Of a stretch of 64,000 bases of DNA, positions 41,812-51,865 are shown piece after piece. Where the stretch lies: NCBI GenBank assembly GCA_963666275.2, contig CAXXOA010000002.1, positions 768,001-832,000 of the forward strand, in the 5' to 3' direction. This DNA comes from Oceanispirochaeta sp. Its GTDB lineage: Bacteria > Spirochaetota > Spirochaetia > DSM-2461. The notes below the pieces were generated by a model. That model ran no database searches. It saw nothing but the letters and a program-made list of their open reading frames with translations, and was not told the DNA's origin. Both the position numbers and the translations under genes were made by a program. How positions within the stretch are numbered: position 1 is the first letter of the stretch; the number at the start of each line of letters is the position of its first letter.

Positions 41812-42999
41812 ATGAATATTTCACTGAAAGACTATTTTATCTCTCTCTCTTCTCTACTGGATTTTCTCGAAATGGAGCTCCATTCCCACCCAACCAACCA
41901 CTGTAAGAGGGTGGGCCTGATGGCTCTCCGGCTGGGCAGGATCGTCGGTTTCTCAGAGAGTGAACTTGTGGCTCTGGGGGCTCTTTCTCTTCTGCATGAT
42001 CTGGGGGCCTCTCAGGCATTCCTGATTCAGAAAATGGAGAAACAGAAGCATCCGGATGTGGAAATATTTCCCGATCACTGCCAGGCGGGAGCACACCTGA
42101 TAAAGGGAATTCCGTTTCTGTCAGTCATGTCCGATGTGATCCTCTATCATCATGAACGGTATGACGGAAAGGGATTTTATAAAAAATCAGACAATATCCC
42201 GCCCATGTCCAGGATCATTACCCTGTCGGACCGGATCGACATGGAGATCTACAACAAGAAAAAGAGCCTGGGAGAGACCGTGGATCTGATCCGGAAAGAA
42301 ACCGGCCACTCCTTCGCTCCGGAAATAGCCGAAGCGGGGCTGGAGCTTATGGGCCAGTGCAATATAGAAGCCCTTCTTTCGGATGAGACGATCTCCGATA
42401 CCCTCAGGGATATCTTTCCCGCCTTTGATATTGAGGCGAACGAGCAGGATGTTCTGGATATGACCGCTGCCTTTTCTACCATAGTGGATGCCAAATCGCC
42501 TTTTACAAGGAATCATTCCTCCAGCCTTGCCGATAAAGTTGTCGCCATGTGCGGGTATTACAATTTTGATCATGAGAAGACCTTCAGAATGCATATAGCC
42601 GCCAACCTTCATGACATCGGGAAGCTCTCTGTTCCCAATAGGATCCTGGATAAAAACGGTAAACTGACGCCCGAGGAATTTGCGGTTATCAGAATGCACA
42701 CAGCCTATACCAGACAGGCTCTGTCCCAGATCTCCGGATGGGAGGATATTACCGACTGGGCGTCGGACCACCATGAAAAGCTGAACGGCAAAGGCTATCC
42801 CCTGGGAAAAACTGCGGATGAACTGCCCTTCGAGTCCCGTCTGATGGCCTGCCTGGATATCTATCAGGCTCTCACAGAGGACCGTCCCTACAAAGAAGGT
42901 TTTTCCAGAGAAAAGTCATTTGCCATCCTGGACGAATGTGTGGAAAGGGGCGAAATTGACGGTACCATTGTCAACGACATGAAAGAGTTCTTCGGCTGA
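41812..42999 (+). CDS. Tandem HD / HD-GYP phosphohydrolase (putative c-di-GMP phosphodiesterase)
   Basis: HDLG..HHERYDGKGF and HDIGK..HHEKLNGKGYP, DRPYK. Confidence 0.85.
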   Translation: MNISLKDYFISLSSLLDFLEMELHSHPTNHCKRVGLMALRLGRIVGFSESELVALGALSLLHDLGASQAFLIQKMEKQKHPDVEIFPDHCQAGAHLIKGIPFLSVMSDVILYHHERYDGKGFYKKSDNIPPMSRIITLSDRIDMEIYNKKKSLGETVDLIRKETGHSFAPEIAEAGLELMGQCNIEALLSDETISDTLRDIFPAFDIEANEQDVLDMTAAFSTIVDAKSPFTRNHSSSLADKVVAMCGYYNFDHEKTFRMHIAANLHDIGKLSVPNRILDKNGKLTPEEFAVIRMHTAYTRQALSQISGWEDITDWASDHHEKLNGKGYPLGKTADELPFESRLMACLDIYQALTEDRPYKEGFSREKSFAILDECVERGEIDGTIVNDMKEFFG

Positions 43000-43051
43000 T
43001 TTACCCCGGAATCCCGCTTTTTCTGAGACTTCCCGGAGGGGCACTGACAAA

Positions 43052-44260
43052 ATGAATGAACAGCAGGGAGGGATCATACCCTCGGTTTTAACAGAGACAC
43101 AGAACGATGAGATCCTCTCTTTCGCGGCGGAACTTGTGAGATGTTCCGGAGAGTCGGGAAAGGAGAGGAACTGCGCCGAAGCTGTCCGCCGGAAGATGGA
43201 GGATCTGGGATATGACCAGGTCCTGACAGACGAGTACGGGTCGGTCCTCGGGGTCCTGAGAGGATCCGGGAGCGGGCCGACCCTGCTCTTTGACGGCCAT
43301 ACCGATGTGGTCCCCGTAAGGGAGCCGGACAAATGGACCCATGATCCCTATGGAGGAGAAGTCTCTGAAGGGAGGCTCTGGGGGCGGGGCAGTACCGATA
43401 TGAAGGGGGCCCTGGCCGCCATGGTCTGCGCTCCGGCTTTTATGGATCGGAGGGATTTTTCAGGAACCATCCTTGTCAGCGCATCCGTGGCGGAAGAGAT
43501 GCTGATCGGAACGGCTCTGGACCATGTCCTTCAGAACCATCCTGCCGATGCTGTGGTTATAGGAGAACCCACGGGACTGAAACTGGGGAATGCGGAAAAA
43601 GGAAGGGCCAGTCTGGAGATGATCTGTCATGGGACCGTCGCCCACAGCAGCCGCCCCGACCTGGGGGACAATGCGATCTACCGCATGATGGAGGCTGCCC
43701 GGAGGATCCGTTCCCTTCCCCGGCGTTCCCATCCTGTTCTGGGGGAAGAGGTGATCGAACTTGTGGAACTCTCCTCTCTTCCTGCACCGGGGAACGGTTC
43801 CATTCCCGGACGGTGCCGGGCTCTCTGGGAGTGCCGTCTCCTGCCGGGGGAATCGGAAGAGGAGTTTCTACTCAGATGGCATCAGGCCCTGGAAGGTGTG
43901 GGCAGAACAGAGCTCCGAATTGCCGAATACAGCATAGACGCCTATACGGGGCATACCATGAAAATGCAAGACTTTCTTCCCGGCTGGACCGGTGATGAAG
44001 AAAGCAGAGGGCTGCTCTCCCTGGCGGCTGATGCTCTCAGGGCTGCCGGGAGGGGTGTTGAGTATTATGCGGCTCCCTACGGCTGTAATGCTCTTGTCAG
44101 CGCGGCCCGGCGGAAAATTCCCACTGTGATCCTGGGACCAGGGGATATTTCTGCTGCCCACAAGCCCGATGAATCTCTTCTGATTCAGGAGCTTCAGGAT
44201 GCCGCTGCGGTCTACAGCACCCTCAGCCGTAATCTAATGCGGCTGAGGACTGTAAGCTGA
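43052..44260 (+). CDS. M20-family metallo-hydrolase (ArgE/DapE/YgeY-like)
   Basis: DGHTDVV, GRGSTDMKG, EE, GEP, GPG...AH..DE. Confidence 0.87.
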   Translation: MNEQQGGIIPSVLTETQNDEILSFAAELVRCSGESGKERNCAEAVRRKMEDLGYDQVLTDEYGSVLGVLRGSGSGPTLLFDGHTDVVPVREPDKWTHDPYGGEVSEGRLWGRGSTDMKGALAAMVCAPAFMDRRDFSGTILVSASVAEEMLIGTALDHVLQNHPADAVVIGEPTGLKLGNAEKGRASLEMICHGTVAHSSRPDLGDNAIYRMMEAARRIRSLPRRSHPVLGEEVIELVELSSLPAPGNGSIPGRCRALWECRLLPGESEEEFLLRWHQALEGVGRTELRIAEYSIDAYTGHTMKMQDFLPGWTGDEESRGLLSLAADALRAAGRGVEYYAAPYGCNALVSAARRKIPTVILGPGDISAAHKPDESLLIQELQDAAAVYSTLSRNLMRLRTVS

Positions 44261-44276
44261 AATTCTGTTTCTTTAA

Positions 44277-45011
44277 TTAATGGATAATCCGTTTCAGGAA
44301 CATTTTTGTTCTGTCGTGGGAAGGATTCGAGAAGATCACTTCAGGTGACCCCTCTTCAATGATCATCCCTTCGTCCATAAAAATTACCCGGTCTGCCACA
44401 TCCCTGGCAAACTGCATTTCATGGGTCACCACAATCATGGTCATCCCTTCATCGGCCAGGTCTTTCATGACGTCCAGAACCTCTCCGACCAGTTCGGGGT
44501 CCAGGGCAGATGTGGGCTCATCAAAAAGGAGTATGTCCGGCTTCATTGCCAGGGAGCGCGCAATGGCGACTCTCTGCTGCTGACCGCCGGAAAGCTGTTT
44601 GGGGTAGACATCCCGTTTATCCGAAAGTCCTATCCTTTTCAGCAGGGATTCCGCCAGGACGACGGCTTCCTTTTTGGGAACCTTGCGGACATGGACGGGG
44701 CCTTCAATGATATTCTCCAGAACCGTTTTGTGAGGGAACAGATTGAATCTCTGAAATACCATCCCCACGTCCATCCTCAGGCGGGTCAGTTTTGTCTGGG
44801 AATTGATCTCTTCGTTTTTGAAGAACACCTCGCCATGATCGATGCTTTCCAGCCTGTTGATGCATCGGAGAATTGTACTTTTCCCTGAGCCGCTGGGGCC
44901 GAGGATCACAATCTTTTCTCCCTTTTCCAGGCTGAAGCTGATACCTTTGAGGACCTCAAGGTCTCCGAAGCTTTTATGTATATTTACAAGTGTTAATATT
45001 TTATCCGACAT
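44277..45011 (-). CDS. Polar amino acid ABC ATPase
   Basis: [28 protein letters not shown]. Confidence 0.93.
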   Translation of the reverse strand: MSDKILTLVNIHKSFGDLEVLKGISFSLEKGEKIVILGPSGSGKSTILRCINRLESIDHGEVFFKNEEINSQTKLTRLRMDVGMVFQRFNLFPHKTVLENIIEGPVHVRKVPKKEAVVLAESLLKRIGLSDKRDVYPKQLSGGQQQRVAIARSLAMKPDILLFDEPTSALDPELVGEVLDVMKDLADEGMTMIVVTHEMQFARDVADRVIFMDEGMIIEEGSPEVIFSNPSHDRTKMFLKRIIH

Positions 45012-45668
45012 TTAACTCTCTGTTTCCAGTCTCTGTTCCACATAGCGGGATAGTACCATCAGTGCCGAGCACATGATGAGATACAGAAATGCGACCACCG
45101 TGTAGACTTCAAAACTTCTGAATGTGGCATAGATGATCTGGTTTCCCGCCCGCATCAGCTCTGTTATGGTCACCAGGGACGCAATGGATGAATTTTTCAA
45201 AGTGATAATAAACTGATTGAGCAGCGAGGGCACAATAATTCGTATCACCTGTGGGGCGATGATCCGAATCATCGCTTTGGGGTAACTCATACCAAGGCTC
45301 TCGGCGGCTTCCATCTGTCCGCTGTCAATGGCAATGATGCCCGAACGGATGATCTCGGCGATATAGGCTCCCGTATTCAGTCCGATACCCAGAATACCTG
45401 CGGCCATGCTGGAGAGTTCTATCCCCAGCTGAGGCAGACCGAAGTAGAGGATAAAAAGCTGCACAAGCAAAGGGGTCCCGCGGACTACCCAGATATAGGA
45501 TATGCTGAAGGCCCGCAGGATTCTTATGGATGATATCCGGAACATTGCCAGAATTATTCCGACAAGCATTCCCAGTATCAGGGCTGCAATGGATATTTCA
45601 AGAGTCACCACGCAGCCCATGAGCAGATTGGGGATCCTGTTGATTATGATTGAATAATCAAGTGTCAT
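45012..45668 (-). CDS. Polar amino acid ABC permease
   Basis: RGTPLLVQ, AYIAEIIRSGI, GQMEAA. Confidence 0.93.
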   Translation of the reverse strand: MTLDYSIIINRIPNLLMGCVVTLEISIAALILGMLVGIILAMFRISSIRILRAFSISYIWVVRGTPLLVQLFILYFGLPQLGIELSSMAAGILGIGLNTGAYIAEIIRSGIIAIDSGQMEAAESLGMSYPKAMIRIIAPQVIRIIVPSLLNQFIITLKNSSIASLVTITELMRAGNQIIYATFRSFEVYTVVAFLYLIMCSALMVLSRYVEQRLETES

Positions 45669-45705
45669 GTTCAGTTGTTTCCCTTATATTCCGCTGTGAC
45701 TTTCC

Positions 45706-46497
45706 TCATTCTCCGACAATCCATTTCTGATAGAGATCGTCCATGGTTCCGTCGGCTTCAAACTCAGCCAGGCATTCGTTTATGAAGGCCAGAAGCTCCG
45801 CATCCCCATCCTGTACGGCAATACCCAGTTCGGCGGAAGTAAAAGGTTCTCCCACAATTTTCAGGCCGTCAGTGGTTTTGTTGAACTCCAGCTGGTTCAG
45901 AAGGTCATTGACTGCTGCATCGATTCTGCCTGTCTGCAGGTCGAGCATGTAGTCTACAGTTTCGTTATAGGAAACGATCTCGAAATCCGCGCCGTTATCG
46001 AGCAGGTCCTGCAGAACCGCTTCGGAGGTGGCACCCATTTTGGCTCCCACTCTCAGGCCTGTCAGGTCATCGGTGGAAAGGATCGAGTCATTGGCGGCAG
46101 GAACAACAAGGACCATACCGGTTTTCATATAGGGAGTGGCAAAGTCAACGACTTCTTCCCGGGCGGGTTTGATGTACATGGCTGCACAGACCACATCCGC
46201 TTTTCCCGACTGAAGAGTAGGGATCAGTGAGGTAAAGTCCATATCGACAACTTCCAGTTCCACACCCAGTTTATCAGCCATAAGACGCATCAGATCGATA
46301 TCGTATCCGGCCATTTCGTTTGTTTCTTCGTCGAGGAATTCAAAGGGTATATAGTTTCCCGTTGCCAGAACCAGCTTGCCGCTGGCTTTGATTTCATCCA
46401 GCCGTCCGCCCGCTGCAGCTTCTTCCTGTCCGCCGCTGGCGAAAACACCTGTCATAGCCAGGCAAAGGGTGAGTAGAGTCATAACAATTTTCTTCAT
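45706..46497 (-). CDS. Polar amino acid ABC substrate-binding protein
   Basis: Signal peptide, PFEF, GYDID, LIPTLQSGKAD; AAGGAG upstream. Confidence 0.9.
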   Translation of the reverse strand: MKKIVMTLLTLCLAMTGVFASGGQEEAAAGGRLDEIKASGKLVLATGNYIPFEFLDEETNEMAGYDIDLMRLMADKLGVELEVVDMDFTSLIPTLQSGKADVVCAAMYIKPAREEVVDFATPYMKTGMVLVVPAANDSILSTDDLTGLRVGAKMGATSEAVLQDLLDNGADFEIVSYNETVDYMLDLQTGRIDAAVNDLLNQLEFNKTTDGLKIVGEPFTSAELGIAVQDGDAELLAFINECLAEFEADGTMDDLYQKWIVGE

Positions 46498-46544
46498 AGT
46501 CTTCTTTTTCTCCTTGGATCTATAAATCATACCCAACTCTATAA

Positions 46545-46560
46545 GGCAATTACTGTGCCA
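46545..46560 (-). promoter_or_regulatory. Sigma54 (-24/-12) promoter candidate for amino acid ABC operon
   Basis: Minus strand TGGCAC-AGTAA-TTGCC, GG-N10-GC spacing, about 48 nt before start. Confidence 0.65.
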
Positions 46561-46671
46561 ATGAGATTGAACTGGCTCTCAGGGAGAAAAAACACAGGGA
46601 ATCCCACTAAAAGGTAATCGTATACAATTGTAATGTACTAAAATGTAAGAATAGGATCCCCCGGATCAATG

Positions 46672-48282
46672 CTACTCCAGGCTGTTGTCGGCCAGATGCC
46701 ATCCGTCAACATTCTCCACCACGCTGATTTCCACAACATTGCTGGCTTTCTTCAGAACCTGGCTGCACTCTTCGCTCAGATTGAGGAGGTGCAGATTCGT
46801 TCCGTTTTCCGCGTACTTCTCGGTGACAAAATTCAGAGCTTCAATGGCAGAGTGGTCGTATATGGTTGACCGGGAAAAATCAATGATCACATCTTTCGGG
46901 TCCTCCTGAAAGGCAAAGAGTCTTTTGAAAAGGTTGGCTGAGCCGAAAAAGAGGGCTCCTTCCAGTCTGTAAACCTTATAGCCGCTTTCGTCTTCAGAAA
47001 CGGACACTGTTATATTGGTTCCCTTTTTCCAGGCGAAAACCAGAGCAGATACAATCAGGCCCGCCAGGACTGCCACAGCAAGGTTTTCCAGGATCGTAAT
47101 GACTGTCACAATGATAATGATGAGGGCATCGGATTTGGGAATCTGATGGATGATCCTGAAGGTCGCCCACTCAAAGGTTCCTATGACCACCATAAACATA
47201 ACCCCCACCAGAGCCGCCAGGGGGATCGATTCAATCAGCCTGGAACCGAACAGGACAAACAGGATCAGTGACAGACCGGCCACAAACTGACTGAACCGGG
47301 TCCTTCCGCCGGCCCGGACATTGATCATGCTCTGCCCGATCATGGCACAGCCTCCCATGCCGCCGAAAAAGCCGTTGATGATATTGGACACACCCTGGCC
47401 GATACACTCCCTGTTGCTCTTTCCTCTTGTTTCTGTCACTTCGTCCACAAGCATAAGGGTCATAAGAGATTCAATGAGTCCCACCGATGCGGCTATCACA
47501 GAATAGGGAAAGATAATCCTGATGGTCTGCCAGGAAAACAGTCCTTCGGGAATGGCGAAACGGGGCAGGCCGGCTGCCAGAGTTGTTTTTGAAGGATCAA
47601 GAGTCTGGACAAAGTCGATTACAGTTCTGACGTGAATTCCCGCTTTTCCCAGAAGAAGAGACAGAAGGGACACGACTATGATTCCCGTCAGGGTTGCCGG
47701 GACGGCTTTTGTCAGTCGGGGAAGGAAGTGACTGATGAGCATGGTGATTCCGATCAGAACCAGCATGGTCAGAAGGGGAACTCCTTTCATAAGCACATGG
47801 TGTCCCCCCTGAAGAGTGTAAAACATCTCCAGCTGGGATTTCAGAATGATCAGAGCCAGTCCATTCACAAAGCCCAGCATCACCGGATGGGGAACCAGAC
47901 GGATGAATTTTCCCAGTTTAAGGACTCCCACGGCTATCTGAATCAGACCCATTAAAATGACCGCGGCGAAAAGGTAGGCCAGGGCTCCCTCCATGCCGAC
48001 TTTTTCTGTCTGATCAATCACAAGGGGTGCAAAGATCACCGCTACCGCACCTGTCGCACCGGAAATCATACCCGGGCGTCCACCGAAAAGAGCTGTTCCC
48101 ACTCCCATCATAAAGGCCGCGTAGAGACCGATGATCGGATCGATCCTGGCGACGAAAGCAAAGGCGATCGCTTCGGGTACTAGGGCGAGGGCGACAGTGA
48201 GTCCTGAGAGAAAGTCATTTTTCAGGGAGACCTGTTTCTCAATGGAAAGTTTAAAAATTTTATTACGGGCGAATTGGCTCAT
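46672..48282 (-). CDS. SulP/SLC26-family anion transporter with STAS domain
   Basis: ALVPEAIAFA, GRPGMISGATGA, GGCAMIGQS, GALFFGS. Confidence 0.92.
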   Translation of the reverse strand: MSQFARNKIFKLSIEKQVSLKNDFLSGLTVALALVPEAIAFAFVARIDPIIGLYAAFMMGVGTALFGGRPGMISGATGAVAVIFAPLVIDQTEKVGMEGALAYLFAAVILMGLIQIAVGVLKLGKFIRLVPHPVMLGFVNGLALIILKSQLEMFYTLQGGHHVLMKGVPLLTMLVLIGITMLISHFLPRLTKAVPATLTGIIVVSLLSLLLGKAGIHVRTVIDFVQTLDPSKTTLAAGLPRFAIPEGLFSWQTIRIIFPYSVIAASVGLIESLMTLMLVDEVTETRGKSNRECIGQGVSNIINGFFGGMGGCAMIGQSMINVRAGGRTRFSQFVAGLSLILFVLFGSRLIESIPLAALVGVMFMVVIGTFEWATFRIIHQIPKSDALIIIIVTVITILENLAVAVLAGLIVSALVFAWKKGTNITVSVSEDESGYKVYRLEGALFFGSANLFKRLFAFQEDPKDVIIDFSRSTIYDHSAIEALNFVTEKYAENGTNLHLLNLSEECSQVLKKASNVVEISVVENVDGWHLADNSLE

Positions 48283-48405
48283 TTATTCTCCTGAGTGAGT
48301 ATTGCGCTGATAGTGAGGATAGTATGGATAAATCAGAGGGTTTCTTCGTTTTACAGACGAGAAGGCTACCAACAGAATGCCATGGGATCATCAACGGGGT
48401 TCCCT

Positions 48406-48433
48406 ATCATACAGTTAGAGACGATTATGTCAA
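48406..48433 (-). promoter_or_regulatory. Sigma70 promoter candidate for sulP
   Basis: Minus strand TTGACA-N16-TATGAT. Confidence 0.55.
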
Positions 48434-48645
48434 TTGGATTCTTTCCATTGTGCCTCGCCAATTTCCCGGTGAAGTGAGAAAAAGCAGGGAGTCGATGGAA
48501 AAATCCACCCTTAAGTAGATAAGATGATTTCCTCCCTCCAAAATGTAGCATTTTCTCTTTTAAAGGTTGAAAGCAGAAACATTTAGACCTTTTAAAATCC
48601 CTATACAAACGGGAATTCGTAAAAAAATAGCGGAGGACATTATGA

Positions 48646-48661
48646 TGGTACAATTTTTGCA
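48646..48661 (+). promoter_or_regulatory. Sigma54 (-24/-12) promoter candidate for amt-GGDEF gene
   Basis: TGGTAC-AATTT-TTGCA, GG-N10-GC spacing, 35 nt before ATG 48697. Confidence 0.65.
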
Positions 48662-48696
48662 TAATATAATCCTTATATCAAAGGAAATATCTCAAA

Positions 48697-50712
48697 ATGC
48701 AAAGTATACGGAATATGAGGTCTGCCCTTTTTAAGAAAAAAGGTTTCAGCTCCATCAAATCTGCCCTGCTCCCCGGTCTCATTCTGCTTCTGAACAGTTC
48801 TCTCGGTTCTCAGGATCTGAACAGTTTTGTTCAGGGGGGAAAGGTGATTACCGACATACTCTGGGTTCTTGTGGCGGCTATCCTTGTTTTCCTGATGCAG
48901 GCGGGGTTCATGGCACTGGAGACAGGGCTCTCGAGAGCAAAGAATTCCATCAATGTGGCCATAAAGAATATTACGGATTTTATATTTTCCATCGCTGCCT
49001 TCTGGTTTATCGGGTACGGACTGATGTTTGGAAAAACCCTTCATGGATTCCTGGGAATCAGTGATTTTTTTGTCGCTTTTGACGATGACAGCTGGAAAGC
49101 CACGTTTTTTGTATTTCAGGCGGTCTTTGTGGGTACGGCTGCTACCATTGATTCGGGGGTTATTGCGGAACGGGCCAAATTCAGTACCTATCTGATCATG
49201 TCGTTTATAACATCTGCTATTATTTATCCTGTTTTCGGACACTGGGCCTGGGGTGGTCTCTTTTATGAGACTCAGGCGGGATGGCTTCAGAATCTGGGAT
49301 TCCTTGATTTTGCGGGATCCAGCGTGGTCCACTCCATGGGAGGCTGGATCGGTCTTGCGGGCGCTATCATTATAGGTCCCCGAATCGGGAGGTTTGCCGC
49401 TGACGGGACCCCCCAGAAGATTCAGGGCCACAACATCGTTTTTGCCTATCTGGGAACTTTTATCCTGTTCTTCGGCTGGTTCGGTTTCAATGCCGGCAGT
49501 ACTCTGGGGGCGGATTTTTCTGTGGCCAATATTATTTCCAACACAATGATCTCCGCTTCCTTCGGAGGGATTGCCGCCATGTTCCTCAGTATGTTTTTCA
49601 GTAAAAGCAAACTCCCCGAACCGGAGATGATTATGAACGGTATTATCGGTGGTCTGGTTGCCATCACTGCGGGCTGTGCCTATGTTAAGTCCGTATCCGC
49701 ACTGGTGATCGGAGTGGCTTCCGGATTTGTTGTCTACTTCGGAACCCTTTTCCTGGAAAAGAAGGGAATCGATGATGTGGTTTCCGCTATTCCCGTTCAT
49801 GCCTTCTCCGGAGTCTGGGGAACCATTGCCACAGGGCTCTTTATCAGACCGGGGTTTCTGAAGGATTTCGGGATGTCCCGGTGGGAGCTGGTGGGTGTTC
49901 AGGTTCTAGGAGTTGCTGTCTGCTTTGTCTGGGGATTCGGCCTCTCTTTTCTGATTATGTCACTGATCAAGAAGTTTGTGCCTGTGAGAGTCTCGGCGGA
50001 ACACGAGAAGATCGGCCTGAATATCTCGGAACACGGCACCTGTTCCAGCATCCTCGAATTATCCAACTCCATGAGAAAGGTGATCGAGGACACAAGGATT
50101 GGAAGCGCCAGGAAACTGGAAACAGAAATAGGAACGGAAATAGGCGATCTGACCAACTACTTCAATGTAATGATCGATAAACTGAAAGAGAAAGAGGAAA
50201 CGGCGGAAAAAGCTCTGGAGTCACTGAGATTTATTTCCATCACTGACGGTCTGACCAAAATCTATAACCGGAAATATATCACAGATGCCGTGGATAAAGA
50301 GCTCAGCCGTGCCAGCCGGTATGATCACAGTGTTTCCATTGTCCTTTTCGATATTGATTTTTTTAAAAGCGTTAACGACAGCTACGGCCATCAGATCGGA
50401 GATCTTGTCCTTGTGAAAACGGCAGAAATCATTCGTGAAAACCTGAGGGAAACGGATCTTATCGGACGCTACGGAGGAGAGGAATTCCTTATCATTCTCC
50501 CTGAAACGGATTTGAAATCCGCTTATGAACTGGCTGACCGTTTAAGGGAGAACGTCTCGCAGATAGCATGGGAATTTGATGTCCAGAGGAAAATAACCAT
50601 TAGCGGAGGAGTCGTGGAAAATCTGGGAGAGAGTTCTCTTAAAATGATCGGCCGGGCGGATGAGCTTCTCTACGTGGCAAAAGACAAAGGCCGGAACCGG
50701 ATCGAAAAATGA
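48697..50712 (+). CDS. amt: Ammonium transporter (Amt) fused to a diguanylate cyclase
   Basis: FLMQAGF..LE.G, HWAWGG, DFAGSSVVH, GWFGFNAGS, DD...AIPVH; helical linker; DGLT, DIDFFK.VND.YGH..GD, RETD...RYGGEEF; one continuous frame. Confidence 0.92.
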   Translation: MQSIRNMRSALFKKKGFSSIKSALLPGLILLLNSSLGSQDLNSFVQGGKVITDILWVLVAAILVFLMQAGFMALETGLSRAKNSINVAIKNITDFIFSIAAFWFIGYGLMFGKTLHGFLGISDFFVAFDDDSWKATFFVFQAVFVGTAATIDSGVIAERAKFSTYLIMSFITSAIIYPVFGHWAWGGLFYETQAGWLQNLGFLDFAGSSVVHSMGGWIGLAGAIIIGPRIGRFAADGTPQKIQGHNIVFAYLGTFILFFGWFGFNAGSTLGADFSVANIISNTMISASFGGIAAMFLSMFFSKSKLPEPEMIMNGIIGGLVAITAGCAYVKSVSALVIGVASGFVVYFGTLFLEKKGIDDVVSAIPVHAFSGVWGTIATGLFIRPGFLKDFGMSRWELVGVQVLGVAVCFVWGFGLSFLIMSLIKKFVPVRVSAEHEKIGLNISEHGTCSSILELSNSMRKVIEDTRIGSARKLETEIGTEIGDLTNYFNVMIDKLKEKEETAEKALESLRFISITDGLTKIYNRKYITDAVDKELSRASRYDHSVSIVLFDIDFFKSVNDSYGHQIGDLVLVKTAEIIRENLRETDLIGRYGGEEFLIILPETDLKSAYELADRLRENVSQIAWEFDVQRKITISGGVVENLGESSLKMIGRADELLYVAKDKGRNRIEK

Positions 50713-50863
50713 CGGCTTCCCGCTTCTGGTCTTTTTTACTGGAATCTGTTCTGCGGTCTGAATCAATTGTCACGGTCCATATTTTCAATTGGATAAAATT
50801 GTGTATCATAGTCTTCAGGTCTGTATTCTCATTTGGAACATACAGGCTTTTGGAGGTATCCCC

Positions 50864-51865
50864 ATGGCGGTTGATCAGGATAATAACAGGAATCTTTCAT
50901 ATCCGGAGAGTATGTTTTCGCCGCCCTGGTATCTGAAGGGCCCTATGGTGCAAACCCTTCTGAACAGTGCCAGATTCCGGAACAGGGGGATCACAGCCTT
51001 TGATACCGCCAGTGTAGAAACAATCGTTGATGCCGGAGAGGGTGTGCGTCTGCAGGGGTTCCTGGCGGAACAGAGCGGGAGAGCACCAGCCGGGCTGGTC
51101 ATCCTCTTTCACGGATGGGAGGGCAGTGAGAAGTCTGCGTATATGGTCAGTACGGGACGCTACTTCTATGAAGAGGGATTCAACGTTTTCCGCCTGAATA
51201 TGAGGGATCACGGAAACAGTCACCATCTGAATGACGGATTTTTCCTGGGGACACTTATAGGGGAAGCCTATGAGGCTGTCAAAGAGATCATAAGACGGTT
51301 TTCCCCGGGGATGAAGGCCTCTCTGGCCGGGTTCTCCATGGGAGCCAACTTCTGTATCCGGGTGGCAAAAAAGGCCTCCGAGGAAGGTTACACAGGACTG
51401 CACCATGTGTTTGCTGTCAATCCTCCGGTGGATCCTCTGGATTCAACCCGCAGAGTCGATGAGGTCGTTTTCATCCGTCAGTACTTTCTGAAAAAGTGGA
51501 AGGAATCCCTTCATAGAAAGCAGACCCTTTTTCCCGAAAAGTATGATTTTCGTTCTGTTCTGGCCATGGACCGGTGCATCCCCATGACCGAGTCCCTTCT
51601 GGAACAGTATACGTCCTACTCCTCTCTGGAGGACTATTTCGGAAGATACACTCTCAAAGAGGGATTCCTTGAAGATATAACCATCCCTTTTACTCTGCTG
51701 ACCTCCCGGGATGATCCGATTATTCCCTATGAGGACATTGCCTCGGCCAGGATGAGTCCGGCAGTCAATTTCCTGCTTCAGTCCAGAGGAGGCCATTGCG
51801 GCTATATAGCTAACCATCGCCTGGAATCCTGGTATCTTCCTTCCATGCTCCGGGCTTTCTCATGA
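50864..51865 (+). CDS. YheT-like alpha/beta hydrolase
   Basis: HGWEGS, GFSMG nucleophile elbow, DDP, GGHCG; GGAGG before ATG 50864. Confidence 0.85.
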   Translation: MAVDQDNNRNLSYPESMFSPPWYLKGPMVQTLLNSARFRNRGITAFDTASVETIVDAGEGVRLQGFLAEQSGRAPAGLVILFHGWEGSEKSAYMVSTGRYFYEEGFNVFRLNMRDHGNSHHLNDGFFLGTLIGEAYEAVKEIIRRFSPGMKASLAGFSMGANFCIRVAKKASEEGYTGLHHVFAVNPPVDPLDSTRRVDEVVFIRQYFLKKWKESLHRKQTLFPEKYDFRSVLAMDRCIPMTESLLEQYTSYSSLEDYFGRYTLKEGFLEDITIPFTLLTSRDDPIIPYEDIASARMSPAVNFLLQSRGGHCGYIANHRLESWYLPSMLRAFS

